A stretch of 64,000 bases of DNA, from positions 2,977,104-3,041,103 of the forward strand of contig MU054098.1 of the NCBI GenBank assembly GCA_013239625.1, given 5' to 3'. Source of the DNA: Lama guanicoe. Lineage: Eukaryota. Made by a program: the position numbers and the translations under genes. Positions 13,861 to 40,170 of this stretch are shown in pieces (position 1 is the first letter of the stretch; the number at the start of each line of letters is the position of its first letter). The notes beneath the pieces were generated by a model that saw only the letters and a list, made by a program, of their open reading frames with translations, ran no database searches and had not been told where the DNA came from.

Positions 13861-16000
13861 TGCTATTACCCTAGCAATTTTAAACTGTCCCTGGTGAAAT
13901 TGTGCCAGTTAGGGGACTAAGCATACAAATTGGCATTATGGGGAGAAAACATGAAGGAAGCAGGTGTTCATCCTGGAAGACATGCATTTTTAGACCGAGA
14001 AAACCCCATGAGAACTCAAGGGTCTGTAAAGATGGTGGTGGTGAACTTTGTATCTCCAGAGTTTGGCCAAAGGCTAGTCGCTACCAATCAGGGGCCAGAC
14101 ATAACCCCCTGATTCTGGGTAAATGAAACTAAAGAAAGCAAGACTCAGGGATACAAAGACAAGATTGAGAAGTATCTATAAGGTTTTGAAATGATAAACT
14201 GAGATAAAGTTTGTCAGAAGGACACTAGTCTGAGGAGACCTTGTGAACTCCTCAGTACCCGGGGCCAGCTTGAGAACAAGTTTACTGAATCTATGTCATC
14301 CTCTCCCTATAGATTTTTCCTCTTATAAACAAACAACATTAAAGACAAACAGACAGACTATAGGAGCATGTGTTAGAAGGCTAGAAAACAATTTGACCAG
14401 GGAACAATACAAATCTGAACAGATAACCAAAAATACTCAGAGGGATCGCATTCCTAGAAAAGCAAAATAAACCCAAAGCTGAAGGACTTCAATGAAATAT
14501 CAGAGGTCAATTCAGTGTGAACTTACCTCCCAGATATGGGCAGGCTGGGCACCTCAAACAGGTAGACACAAAGAGTCTCAGTTGTGTTTACTACTACTCA
14601 GGGGAAGATCTGGGTCCAAAGCACTGAGGACTTCAGCTGAGTGTCAGTGAACTTGGAGTTGAACAAGTAGGGCTCATTACTTGTTGCCTCAAGGAAGAAC
14701 GCATATGTACACCTTGGGGGACAGTGGGGTGTCGGGGTGTCTCCCTTTGCTGCCATGAGCAACCCCAGGTGTGTTCCTGGTGGTCTTTAGCTGAAGGGCA
14801 TTGATGGCACCTGAGGCCAGAGAGCCTGCATTTTGGCTTCTTCCAAGTACTAGCTGTGTGACCTTGGGCAAGTTACTTGAGTTCCCTGATACTCAGTTTG
14901 CGTGTCGTAAATTGGACATAGTAACAGTATCCACTTCTTTGGGCTGCTGTAAGACCTGGTAGTAAAATTTGTTTTAAAAAGCAAAACAAAAGTGTCACAG
15001 CAAGGTCATGTCTGAAGTGGTTCCTAGGCTAAACAACTTGGGGATCCAGTGGCCTTGTGAATCTGAGTCCTCGTGATTTTGCTGTAGACAGAGAGCGCTG
15101 CTTTGCAGGCTCTGGAGCTGACCTGAGGGAGAGGCTTATAGGCTGCGGTGGGCCATTTTCCCCCAGTCAGAAACACTCCGCCTGGGAGTAATTTCTCCAA
15201 CCTCCATCCTTGACATATTTGTTCTCTAATTGTTTGTAGTACACAATTCAGCACCTTCTGATAGATTCTCTCTGCAGCAACACCCTTGGGTAATGGGACT
15301 AACACTAGACTTGGACTTAGAAGAACTGCATTTGAACGCTAGCTCTTTCGGTGCTAACTGTGGGCTTCAGGAGCCTCAATTTGCTCATGTGTAAAATGGG
15401 TATAACACCACTACCTCATGTGCTGTGGGATTAACAGGGATTATGTTTGTGCATGAGGAGTAGGGTGGCCAAATGACAGATTCATTAGTTGACGTCAAGG
15501 TTTCTCTTAAGAAGGATACAGTTTTTTTTTTAAAGGGAGATACTCTGATAAGCTAGTTTCAGGGAAGAAGGAACTCTGATGGAAAGGACTGGTAGATAAC
15601 ACATATGTAGCTAAACTGCTATTCATAAGAAATAAATAAAAACTTGGGGGTGGGAGAGAAGGAAAAAAGAGAAACTGGGAGAAGGGAGAAAGGAGCAAGA
15701 GTGGGTCCATGGCAGGAGGATGGAGTTTGCAGAGAAATTCCAAGTAGCAATATAGTCAAGGACTTTTAAATACAGAAATGTCTAGTAATCAACTTCTACT
15801 TGTTTATGTTGCTATAACATATGTTTCCTCCGTCTACCCAAACCTTGATAAAATTTGTTACTTGTACAAATCCTTTATGTGAGTGGTCTTTATAGACATG
15901 CAAGAAGAAAAGCAGTGTTTCCAATCTGCTGTGACAAAAAATAGAAAGTAGGGAATGGCCATGAAAGAGGAACTGGGTGTGAATCAGAAGTTCACTAGTA

Positions 16001-16120
16001 GGGAGGGTATAGCTCAGTGGTAGAGTGTGTGCTTAGCATGCATGAGGTCCTGGGTTCAATCCCCAGTACCTCCATTTAAATAAATAAATAAACGTAATTA
16101 CTCCCCTCTTCCCCCCTCAA
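16001..16120 (+). mobile_element. tRNA-derived SINE (camelid Vic-1-like)
   Basis: GGGAGGGTATAGCTCAGTGGTAGAG (A box)...GGTTCAATCCC (B box), followed by (TAAA)n and a C-rich tail. Confidence 0.88.
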
Positions 16121-16847
16121 AAGAAGCCCAAATTCAGAACTAGAGTTGGTCATTGGATTCTGAGCTGCCTCAGAAATCTTGGGGAAGACACTGGACTTCC
16201 CTGACAAGGAGTGGCATGGGGGCTTGCGCCAATTTTATATGACTTTGAAGGGACAGGCTGACCCTCTGCTGACAACAGCTTACATGTGCGCTTAGGGCAG
16301 GCCAAGCACAGGTAGGTGCTCAGTGTTAGTTGTGTCTGAGTCTTCATTTGGTTAGTATCTCTAATAGCCTTCCAGATGAGTGTAAATTCCCTTAGGCAAG
16401 AGTTGTGTCCAGAAATCCTCCCATTTCTCTGTATTCCCCTCAAAGCCTGGCAAAGTGCTGAATACAGGACAAGAAGAGGGAAGAGCCACAGGAAAAAAGT
16501 CACGCTCTAAGTAGTAACAACCACCACCACTTATTGTGCTATGTCCTAGGCTGAGGTGTGATGTGAACCCAATCTGGCTTTCTACAAAGCCTGAACCCCT
16601 TATCACTGCATTGTGCAGCGCGCCTCAGGGCCCATCACATCTTGCCTTGCTCCAAATGATCTTCCCTAGAGCCAGGCATGGCTGGAGGACGGGCAAAGGC
16701 TCACAAGATGAAGGAATTTGTGGCCAAAATGCAGAATAGGTGTGTCTGTAGGGAACAGAGATTTCTTATTTGAGATTTCCCTAGCAACCCTCTGGCTCTC
16801 TCCCCAGAAGCCAGCTTGGCTTGCCATGGAAGATTGCCCTTGCTTGT

Positions 16848-17212
16848 AGGGTTGCCAGAATTAACAAATAAAAATACATGGCACCCAGTTAAATTTGACT
16901 TTCAGATAAACAATAAACATATTTTTTTCTCACTGAAGGGTAGTTTACAATGTCGTGTTAGTTTCTGGTGTACAGCACAGTGGTTAATATATATATATAT
17001 AATATATAATAATATATATATATTCCTTTTCATACTCTTTTTCATTATAGGCTATTACAAGGTATTGAATATAGTTCCCTGTGCAATAAACACATTTTTA
17101 AGTGTAAGTATACCCCAGACAGTATTGGAAACACACTTACCCTGAACAATTTTTTGTGGTTTATCTGAAATTTGAGTTTAATTGAGCATTGAGTGTTTTA
17201 TCTGGCAAGCTT
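16848..17212. mobile_element. hAT MITE (MER53-like) interrupted by an L1 3' fragment
   Basis: Inverted ends GGGTTGCCAGA...TCTGGCAAGCT and sub-terminal TTTCAGATAAAC/GTTTATCTGAAA. An antisense L1 piece sits at ~16920-17085. Confidence 0.7.
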
Positions 17213-17382
17213 ACTTGCCTGGGCATGGTATTTCAGAGTGTGGAGGAATGGGGGGTGCTTCTGGAATTTCCTGTTCAGTGGCTTTGGCACGGGGAACCTG
17301 ACCCGGGCTGTTTGGGGCAGCCCTCGAGGGAACTGCTCCAAGTGCTGCACTTCCGGCTGTGCCTGAGTGTAAGCGCTGGTGT

Positions 17383-17493
17383 AGGCTGACCAACTTGTCC
17401 TGGTTTTCCTGGGACTTCCCCACGTTTAGCACGGAAATTCCTGCATCTCTGGAAACCTCTTGGTTCTTGGCAAACCAGGACGGTTGGTCATCC
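17383..17493. mobile_element. hAT-Blackjack-like MITE (MER81/MER94-like)
   Basis: Inverted ends TGACCAAC..GTCCTGGTTT / AAACCAGGACGGTTGGTCA. Confidence 0.65.
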
Positions 17494-19854
17494 AAGTGAG
17501 GGACATACCCAGAGGAGCACGTGGCCAAACTCAGGGGTGAGTCTCAAAGAGGCTCAATCGTTTTTCTTAGCACGTTTCCTCAGGTCCATTTAAAAGATGA
17601 ACAGGTTCCGGGGAAGTCTAGGAATCCTGGATCTGAAAGGTATTGGTTCTAGAGATCATTCAAGTTCAGCCTCTGTTTATTAAATTCTTATTAAACATTT
17701 CCAGAGATACTCTGTCACCTCACATGGTTATTATTATTATTATTATTTTATTATTATACTTTAGCATAGGCACTGTGCTAAATATTTTATGTTCATTATC
17801 TTGTGTAATCTTCTCAGTGACTCCATGAGGTCACTATTATTATTGTACTTTTTTAAGAATGAAAAAATGGAGACCCAGAGAGGTGTGATTGCATCAAGTT
17901 ACAGAGCTGGTTTTTGATAGAGCTGTATTGAACCCTAGGTTCGTCTGACTTCAGAGTCTATGCTATTGATCACTATATTTCACTGCTCATGGAGAGCCCT
18001 GATCATCTGGAAGGCCCACTTGATATCTTGCTAAAATCCTTCATGCTGCAATTCTATTAACATCCTTCTTGCTTAGATATCAACAGAAAGAGGATGGCTC
18101 CTCCTGGGAAACCCAGGACTAGCCACTCTCTCCAAACTCAGCTTTAATTTGGACTGCCAGCCCCACCCCAGCCTCCACTAGCCACCTCCATGGCCCCTTT
18201 TCAGGAAATCTGAGGACAGCTGGGCAGCTCTTGCCTCAGAATAAAGATCCCTATTGGCTCTTTGAGCCGGTAGCTTAGGCTCAGTGGCTCTCTTTAAGGC
18301 CAGCTCCTTGGAGGGTGTCTCATGGGCTGAGAATTGAATCGAGCGTCTGAGGCTGGGCAGCAGCAGTACAGCCAGGGGAGAGAGGACAGTCCAGTGAGGA
18401 TTTGCTTTCCTGTCTAAAGGTTTCTGCTGCTGGGAGAGAGCAGAGGCTAAGGAAGCTGCTGCCACTCTACCTTTTGAAAGCCTTCCAAGAACTGCTGGAT
18501 TCAGCCTGTGGAAATAATTGCAGTGCTTTAGAAAATTTGAAGGATTTTCAAGGATAACTCAAGAAGCATGTAAAACCCTCTTTGGAGGGTCCTCCAGGGG
18601 AATCGCTTCTTAGACTTTATGGTTTTGGACTAATTGTGCTTAAAAAAAGAACCCAGTTCCCTCCAAGGGCCAGGGTGGCCACAGCCTAGGAAGGAGCAGG
18701 CCAGGATGGAGGAGTGCATTAACCCCTCCCTGTGTTTTGGAAGCTGGGGGAGGCAGCAGCTTGACTGAGCCTACCCACAGCTTCTGCTCCGGGGCCCAGC
18801 ACCCCTTGCGCTCTCCTGGCTATCACAGAAAATCCCATAGCAATAGAGTTCTTAGGGGAGGAATGTCTGGAAGGAAGGTGGGGGCTCCCCACGACCCAGA
18901 ACCTGCCCCATCCTGCTCGGTGGCAGGGGGAGCCCCTACTGGCAGGGAGAGCAGTTGCCTCTGGGCTCAGCCAGGGTTGGGGAGGGTTGGGGGGAGGGAA
19001 AGCAAGTCTCAACCAAGGGGCTGGGGCAGGCGGGTCCCCTGTGTGGGGCATTTGCTCTAAACTCTGGCCCCATGGTGTGTGCTCATCTGAAGTACGCAGC
19101 TCTCAGCAGGGAGAACTGAGGCTCCCCTTCTCCAGCATGGATGCTGGCACAGTTTCCCAAGGAAGGCACCCCAGCCTCAAGGGCAGATAATCTGCTCCAT
19201 AGGAGTGCAGCTTTGGGTGTAGGTGTTGTCCACTTCAAACCAAGCAACCAGGCTGAAGATCTTGGCCTGGATTCTCTGAAGGGACAGCAAACTTTGATGA
19301 TGATAATGGTGGTGATAGAGAGGGCAGAATCATATCTCTGAAAAAGCAATCCTGGGCAGCAGCTTTGAAAGGAGGTGGCCTAAGCAGCTGCCCAAGTGGG
19401 TCCCTTCACTGGCAGACGTAAACCTCACTGTTCGTAGGACCAGCAGAGGGGCAAGAAGGGGCCTTGTCCCCCTGGAAGGCAGAGGGAGTGGCCTCTTGGG
19501 CTGAGGACCTTTCTTGCTTTGAAGGGCTCATGTCTTCTCCTCCCATGGGGAGCTGGGTAACAGAAACCTTACTTACCCATCCAGCTGTGCCTCAGGAGGG
19601 GTTCCTGGGAGTCCTCTCCTGCGGCTGCAGGCAGCCCAGATTTTGAAAGAGGTCGGCGAAGAAGGGTGTGGGCAGCATGGGTGGTGTGGGGTGAGTGGGG
19701 TCTGGCAATCTTCCACGGTGAGGATTTCTCCCTTATGATCCATCCGCTGCAGTGGAGCAGACTCAAGGGGCCTGCAGACTGCTGTCCCTCAGTCTGCTTG
19801 AAGGATTTTTCAAATGAGATTTTCAATAGAAAATCTAAGGCATGCATATAATTA

Positions 19855-20043
19855 CAATGGTCTCTTGGTATCCGCGGCAGGGATTGGTTCCAGGACCTGC
19901 ACAGATACCAAAATCTGTGGATGCTCGAGTCCCACAGTCAGCCCTCTGCCCTTGGTATCCGCGAGTTCCGTATCTGCGCATTCAATCATCTGTGGTTGGT
20001 TGAATCCGAGGATGTGGAACTCATGGACACCTAAGGCTGATTG
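19855..20043. mobile_element. Tigger-derived MITE
   Basis: TA-flanked CA...TG ends with repeated GTATCCGCG/GGATG motifs typical of Tigger/MER2-group elements. Confidence 0.65.
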
Positions 20044-23000
20044 TACAAAGTCCCCCCACCACACTAAAAGTGCAGAGTGAAAAGTTTCCCTCCCGCTCTA
20101 AGCCTGCTCTCCCCTTCCCCAGAAGCAGCCGCTCTTACCGGGCTATGTGCATCCTCCCAGAAAGATCAGAGAGCTCTCTTGGAAATGTTCTTTTTTTTAT
20201 TTCTGGGTTAGTTTCAATCTTAACTTGAATAACTCGTCTTCTCTGAGCTCAAGTTTAACAATACACAAAGTAGAGAAAATAGTATAATGAACCTCCATGT
20301 ACCCATCACCCAGTTTCAATGATTTTCAATACTTAGCCAATGTTATTTCATCTAGCCTTGTTACTGTAATTTTCTAGGGGAGGAAAAAATCCCAGGCATC
20401 ATGACATTTCACCTGTAAATATTTCTCTATGCCTCCCTAACTTATAAAAGATCCTTTCTAAAAACATAATCACCATACTATTATCTCACCTAACAAATAT
20501 AACAAAGTGCTTAGTATCATCTAATCCCCAGTGACTGACTTTGAATCCCACTGATCTACAAACTGCACATAACTTGCCCTGCCTGGATTGCTAACATGGG
20601 CCCCCTGTTTAGCCTGAGAAGTACAAAGGGTTGGAGACGCAGGCCATAGCAGCCTGAAGCCTGTCCACCCTCCCCCTGGCTGTTCTTGCTCAGGCCAGAT
20701 GCTCTCTGTTCAAACATTCTTTTGGAGCCAAACAAACTTCCAAGCAACTTCTAAGTAATATGAGTCTGGAAAGGGGCATTCTCTAGAGATGGCTCTGTCC
20801 TGTGCCTGCCGGGGGGCATTGGGAAAGCTGCTCCTGTACCCTGTCATTAAAATGGAACCAATAACATTGGTGCCCAGAAGTTAGGTGAGTATTTGGCAGC
20901 CGAGGATATTAGTATTATTTCTGCTGTGCTCAGAGACTGTATGAAAAATACAGCTTCTCTGCAGGGACCACCATGGCAAAGCTGACCACGTTTTTACATT
21001 GGTGGACGTGGATTATATGGATGACTCTCTTCTCCATGTTGCTAGTAGCTGTTTGGTACTCACTGCCCAGATGCTTCTTTCCCGAGCTTATCACTTGATT
21101 ATTTTGGCTTCCAGGCTGCCCTTCACTCTATTCCTAAGCCATGGACATTTTCCCCTCATGAATACACATCCAACTCATCCCCTGCCCCCATCCATCATTG
21201 CGCTGCTCCCTGAATCTTTAGGAGAGAAAACAGACAAGCCTCCACTTCTGCCCATCCCTTGCCAGCTCAAAGTATGTGACATCTCTGGCCCTCAGCCCTC
21301 AGTTCTCTTGGACAGAAAGACAAAGCCAAGCCAATCGGCATGAAGTTGGGTGTGGAAAGTTCTAGCTACAAGTGCACAGGACATAATATATTGCTGGCAG
21401 GCCAGCCTTCCGTGCCAGGGGTAGAAAAGCTGTAAGAAGAAGCCACTTGCCTTCTTCAATTCGGTCTGGGAGGACAATATCTTGGGGAGGAGAAGCGAAG
21501 CCTCGGCTCCAGAAGACCCAATGCTAGCAAATGACCTCCTGAATTTCAGGGTTCAGTCTATACAATGGAGCAGAGAACCCACTTGCCCAGCAGCCTTCAA
21601 GAATCTGGTAGTATGGGATCACACAGCAGAGAGTGGAGGTACTATCCAAGTGTTTTGGAGTTATTTGCAAGAAAGCTGCACAACCAAAGCAAGCTATGAC
21701 CCAGGGGGCCCAGATCCTCTGAGGTACCAACAGAATTGCATGAAGCAAACTGTTTATTGGTTTCAGACAATCCTGCATTGTTCCCACAGGCGCCCAGTGC
21801 GGGCAGCAGGCTGCCACCAAGAAGGCTGGCAGCGCCCTCTTGAGGAATCCCTGAGCACTACCGGGGACCCAGCTGGACTCTGGAGAACATTTTGCCAAGG
21901 GCACCCAGCAGAATCATAGGAGCAAAATCACAGAAATAGGTGGGGTTGGGTAAATCAAAAAGCCCCCTTAGGGACCTAGAAAGATACCCTACGAGGGCTG
22001 TGAGGAAGGCACAGGAGAAGGGGGGTGAGTGGGTGCTGAGGGTGAGTGTCAGGACCTACAGAGCGACTGTTAACACCCTAGATCCTGGGGAGCCAGGAAC
22101 CTTAAGGCACTGGGGACAGCGAGCGTGACACAGTCACCTGGCTGAGCCCTTTTCTCATATCTGGGCATAAAAACAAGGTGGAGAAAGGAGGCAATAGAGT
22201 AGCAGGAAATAAAGAGGTTGAAAAATTGGTATCTGTGAGTTTATTGGGAACACATCTTTTCTCCCAAGGAGCTTAGCGGTCCCCAGTGCGGCTGCTGGGA
22301 ATCCAGAGGCAGGTTTGCAAGCGGCTCAGCCTGAGTGATTTCCCCGGTGTGCAGAGCATTGATTTGAGCTGTGAAAAATCAGTTCTGTCACTCCTTAAAT
22401 CAGAATCTCCAAAGTTTGGATCCAGTTCCTTCTGCTGTCTGAGGACCTGAGGGCACACATTTGGTGACTTCCTGCTTTTGGTCCTCCTTCTTGTCCAGGG
22501 CTATTCTGACAGTAACCATCCCGAAGTTCATTGTTGGCACAACCCTACAGCTCAGCTTCCTCAGCAGGCAGGGCCTGTGGCTGGAGAGCAGAGCTGGCGG
22601 GGTCAGGGGTCCTGGGACCCTCTCCCATCAGTCACATGCCCGTAGTCTGGTAGCTACTACCATATGGTTCTGCCAAAGGGGTAGTATTTCCAGGGATCCT
22701 TTCTCCTCGGGGCTGGTAAAAGAGCAGAGGATCTGGAGTTCTAGGACCCTGGATAAACCCCCACTATGGCAGGACTCAGGAACCAGGGAGACCCACAGGG
22801 GCATCTGTAGAAGACTCATCTCATCCATTTCCTAAGAGCAGAGCCCAAGTCAGAAACGTGACCAAGGTCAAAACCCAAGGAGAAAACTGTAAGACGCCAT
22901 TTTGCCTCTGTTCCTCCATAGGAAGATTCTAGGTTCTGCTCAGTACCTCCTTCATCTCCTCTCTTACCCCAAGGCAAAGCCATGGGGAAAATTAGGGGGG

Positions 23001-23999
23001 TGCATACTTTACCTCCCTGGAGTCTTAGCGGGCACGCCTCCAGTTATATGCCAACCAATTTCCTTTACAGTCTGTCCGTGGGAGGATGCAGGCCTCAAGG
23101 TCAAGAGCGCTGTGTCTCTCTGAGGTTCCTGAAGGGATAGAGAGCACTAACAAGGAGCTAGACACACACTGCTTAAGATTCAGTCCTTCTAGATAACCTT
23201 CCATATGCTAATCCCGCCTAGAACTGGGCACTCAAGTACTCTCAGAGTCTTTAGAAATAACTATTATTGGTAAAGCAGGTTTTATATATGATTCCTTTGT
23301 TTTTGCTAGTTGGCCATTTGTTTCTTAGTGTTTCTTTCTCTAAGGGAAAGACTGTATTTCCTTTCTTCTTCCCTCCACCCTCACTGGGACCCATGGCTTC
23401 ACCTCAACCCACTCCCTGCCTCTTACCAGCCTGGCCTCAGGTCTCTGAAGACACTCTAGTCTCAGGTTGGGATGTTTACCTAATTCCCAGACTGTGTTCT
23501 TGTCTCAAACTCAATTACCTTCCTCGGAGACCACTCACATCCCTAACTCTGACATTTCCTTTAGCCTATTCCATGAAGCTGCCCAGGTCTTGCTCACTCC
23601 CTAAGTCTCCGTTACCCTGTTTATAAAATGATTATCATTCTACTTTTCCCCAGCTTGGTCGAAATCTGTTCATGGAATCAACAGCTTGTGTTTTGTCCTC
23701 ATTCAGTTGAAACTAACAAGGATCTGGAGGAAATTATTTTAAAAGACACTTTTCTTCTCTGTTGTGTTTCTAGAGCTGGGATGGGGCGGGGGAAGACTCC
23801 AGGGTTTTGACCCTGACCGCTTTGCCAGGGCTACCGCTTCCATGGCTTCTGAAACTGGTGCTACCACATCCCACACCAGATAGACCCAAGGCTCAGTTGG
23901 AGGCTTGCAGGACCTCTTCTTTTCCTTTCCACCCCTAAACCATGTTTCCAGATGTCTCTGCAGGAAAGTGAAATTCCACACAGGCCAGCCTTAGGGTGA

Positions 24000-24336
24000 A
24001 AAAAAAGAGAAAAAATAGAAAATGAAACAATTGGCAGTGAAAAGCAGAAAGAGAAGATGGAGGCCTTAGAGAAGGGAGTATCCCTGAGGAGGTGGGGACA
24101 AGGGGAAGAGAAGGGGAGGAGGAGAGGAGGAGGAAAGCGGGCCTGTCCCTTTAAGGGGGTTGGCTGTCAATCAGAAAGCCCTTTTCATTGCAGGAGAAGA
24201 GGACAAAGATACTCAGAGAGAAAAAGTAAAGGACCGAAGAAGGAGACTGGAGAGAGCAGGATCCTTCCAGCTGAATAAAGTCAGCCGCAAAGCAGCCTAG
24301 CCAGCCGGCTACAATTGGAGGCCGAGTCCCAAAGAC
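24000..24336 (+). promoter_or_regulatory. PLP1: PLP1 proximal promoter and 5'UTR
   Basis: Non-repetitive sequence directly upstream of the ATG, with a purine-rich tract (~24080-24135) and a CAAT-like GTCAATC (~24166). The exact TSS cannot be determined from sequence. Confidence 0.75.
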
Positions 24337-38125
<13,789 letters not shown>

Positions 38126-40170
38126 TCACCTGTAGAAATTTCCCTTTCTCTAATAGCGAGGCTCTAACCACACAGCCTACAATGCTGCGTCTCCTGTGTT
38201 AACTCTTTGCCTTTGCCACTGACTGGCCCTCTTCTTACTTGATGAGTGTAACAAGAAAGGAGAGTCTTGTGGTGATTAATGTCTCTCTGTGGACTCTCCC
38301 CTCTTATGTACCTCTTTTAGTCATTTTGCTTCACAGCTGGTTCCTGCTAGAAATGGGAAATGCTTAAGATGGTGACTCCCCAACTGCAAGTCACAAAGAA
38401 ACGGAGGCTCTAATTCAATGTTCAAGCATCTCCTGAGGACCAGGAAGTGTTTTCTTCTCAAAGGGCACTTCCACTGATGGAAACAAAGTGGAAAGAAAGA
38501 TGCTCAGGTAGAGAGAAGGGATGTACCTGGCCCCTTTGCCACCTTGAGGGCCAAATGTATTCTCGTTGGTGTACAAAACAGAGGACTCCCTCCTGTTTCC
38601 CTATTACCATTGAAGAGAGAAGAAAAAAAAAAAGAATACCAGCAAAACAATAAAAGCATTTGCCCAAATCTACCTATTGCAGCTGGGAGAAGGGGTTCAA
38701 AGCAAGGATCTTTCACCCATAGAAAGAGAGCACTGACCCCGATGGCAATGAACTATTTAAGCCCTAACTCAGCCAACCTTACTTATAGCAGAAGGGAGCG
38801 TAGTGTCTGTGTAGACGAAGGGGGCACCTGGCCTTATACCTCGTTAGAGAAGAGAAACAGGGTGTTGTCAGCATCTTCTCACTCCCTTCTCCTTGATAAC
38901 AGCTACCATGACAACCTTGTGGTTTCCAAGGAGCTGAGGCTAGAGAGAAACTAGCTCGTATGAAAAAAGACTGGCTTAGAAGAGCAGCAGTTGCCAGTGG
39001 CTAACGGTGTAAACTGAGCCAGCCCTCTGGTAGACACAGGATAGATAACTCTTTGGATAGCATGTCTTTTTCTGTTAATTAGTTGTGTACTTCGGCCTCT
39101 GTCATATCTTCACAATGGTGCTCTTTTCATGGGGTATTATCCATTCAGTCACAGCAAGTGATTTGAAGATCTTGATTTGTTTCAGAAGGATGCACATTGT
39201 CACATTTTCCAGTTTGTCTATCACTTGTTTGGGGTTGTACCATAAAGGTCTGGAGGATGATTCTTTGACTATGATTCTTTAACAAATGAAAATTGGACAT
39301 TAAACATCACAAATGATATGGAAAATTGGCGAGTTCCTTGCATCTATTAGGATTTTCTACAAATTATTCTGTCCTTCGCAGAAACAGATTTGGTGAATTC
39401 GAACCTCAGTTTGAATTACCTACTTGATCTTTCTCTCCCTCTAGTGGGAGACGATTTGATTCAGCAATGTTAACTTGGTGTGTTAAAGAGTCAGGTTTTA
39501 ACTTACGGGTTATTCTCTCCTGATATAGATCACGTAACTGTAGGCACGAGCCATCAGTTGTTCAGTTGGTGAGCTTCCACGGAAAAGGAAAAGTGGAAAG
39601 AGTTTGAAACCTGAATAGCTCCCAGGTTTCAGTCTTCTCTTTCTGTGTTTGTTAACTTTGGGTTAAAAAATAAAAAGCTGATTGGTCTTTATGGAAGGAG
39701 AGATTTTACAGGTATGATTGTAGGTAGCCCTTTTGTTGTAAAGAGTTGTTTCGTTTTCTCCCCCAAAGTTTCAGCAATGCTTAAGGAGATGTAAGAGTTT
39801 TGCAAAAAGACACGTGATATTTGTTTTCAGACCAGTACGTAAGATAAGCTTCCAGGCTGCATAGAGGGAGGAGATGGAAAAGGTTCTGTAAGAAACCAAT
39901 CAAGATCAAGGAAAGTGAAGTAATCTATATCTTGTGTTTTGTTTTGATTTAATAACATAACAAATAACCAACCCTTCCCTGAAAACCTCCTATGCATACA
40001 TACACACATATACACACACGAAGAGAGTTAATCAACTGAAAGTATTTCCTTCATTTCTGATATAGAATATCAATTTTAACACACATAAAGGATAAACTTT
40101 TAGAAACTTATCTTACAAAATGTATTTTATAAAATTAAAGAAAATAAAATTAAGAATGTTCTCAATCAGT
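38126..40170 (+). other. PLP1: PLP1 3'UTR
   Basis: About 2 kb without obvious interspersed repeats after the stop, ending at AATAAA 40143-40148 followed by a GT/T-rich tract (GTGTGTCTTTTG). Confidence 0.85.
40143..40148 (+). terminator. PLP1 distal polyadenylation signal
   Basis: AATAAA with a downstream GU/U-rich element about 20-30 nt later. Confidence 0.8.

Larger units (their letters stand above)
5875..14800 (-). mobile_element. Old degenerate LTR (~5875-6870) plus ERV internal sequence hosting younger insertions
   Basis: The minus strand at 6870 begins TGAAAA...CACCTGACAGCCAGAACCTGGCCTGG, resembling old eutherian LTR starts. The adjacent AT-rich, ORF-less sequence resembles decayed ERV internal region. 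Family and boundaries are uncertain. Confidence 0.45.

Noticed and set aside
16001..16073. tRNA-Ala-like sequence (also at 13790, 33410 and 52290) as tRNA genes
   Set aside because: These are multiple diverged copies with shared SINE tails and A-tails, so they are SINE heads rather than tRNA genes.
21482..21919. Overlapping 145-aa and 126-aa ORFs upstream of PLP1
   Set aside because: No recognisable domain or splice structure; such lengths arise by chance in GC-richer DNA.
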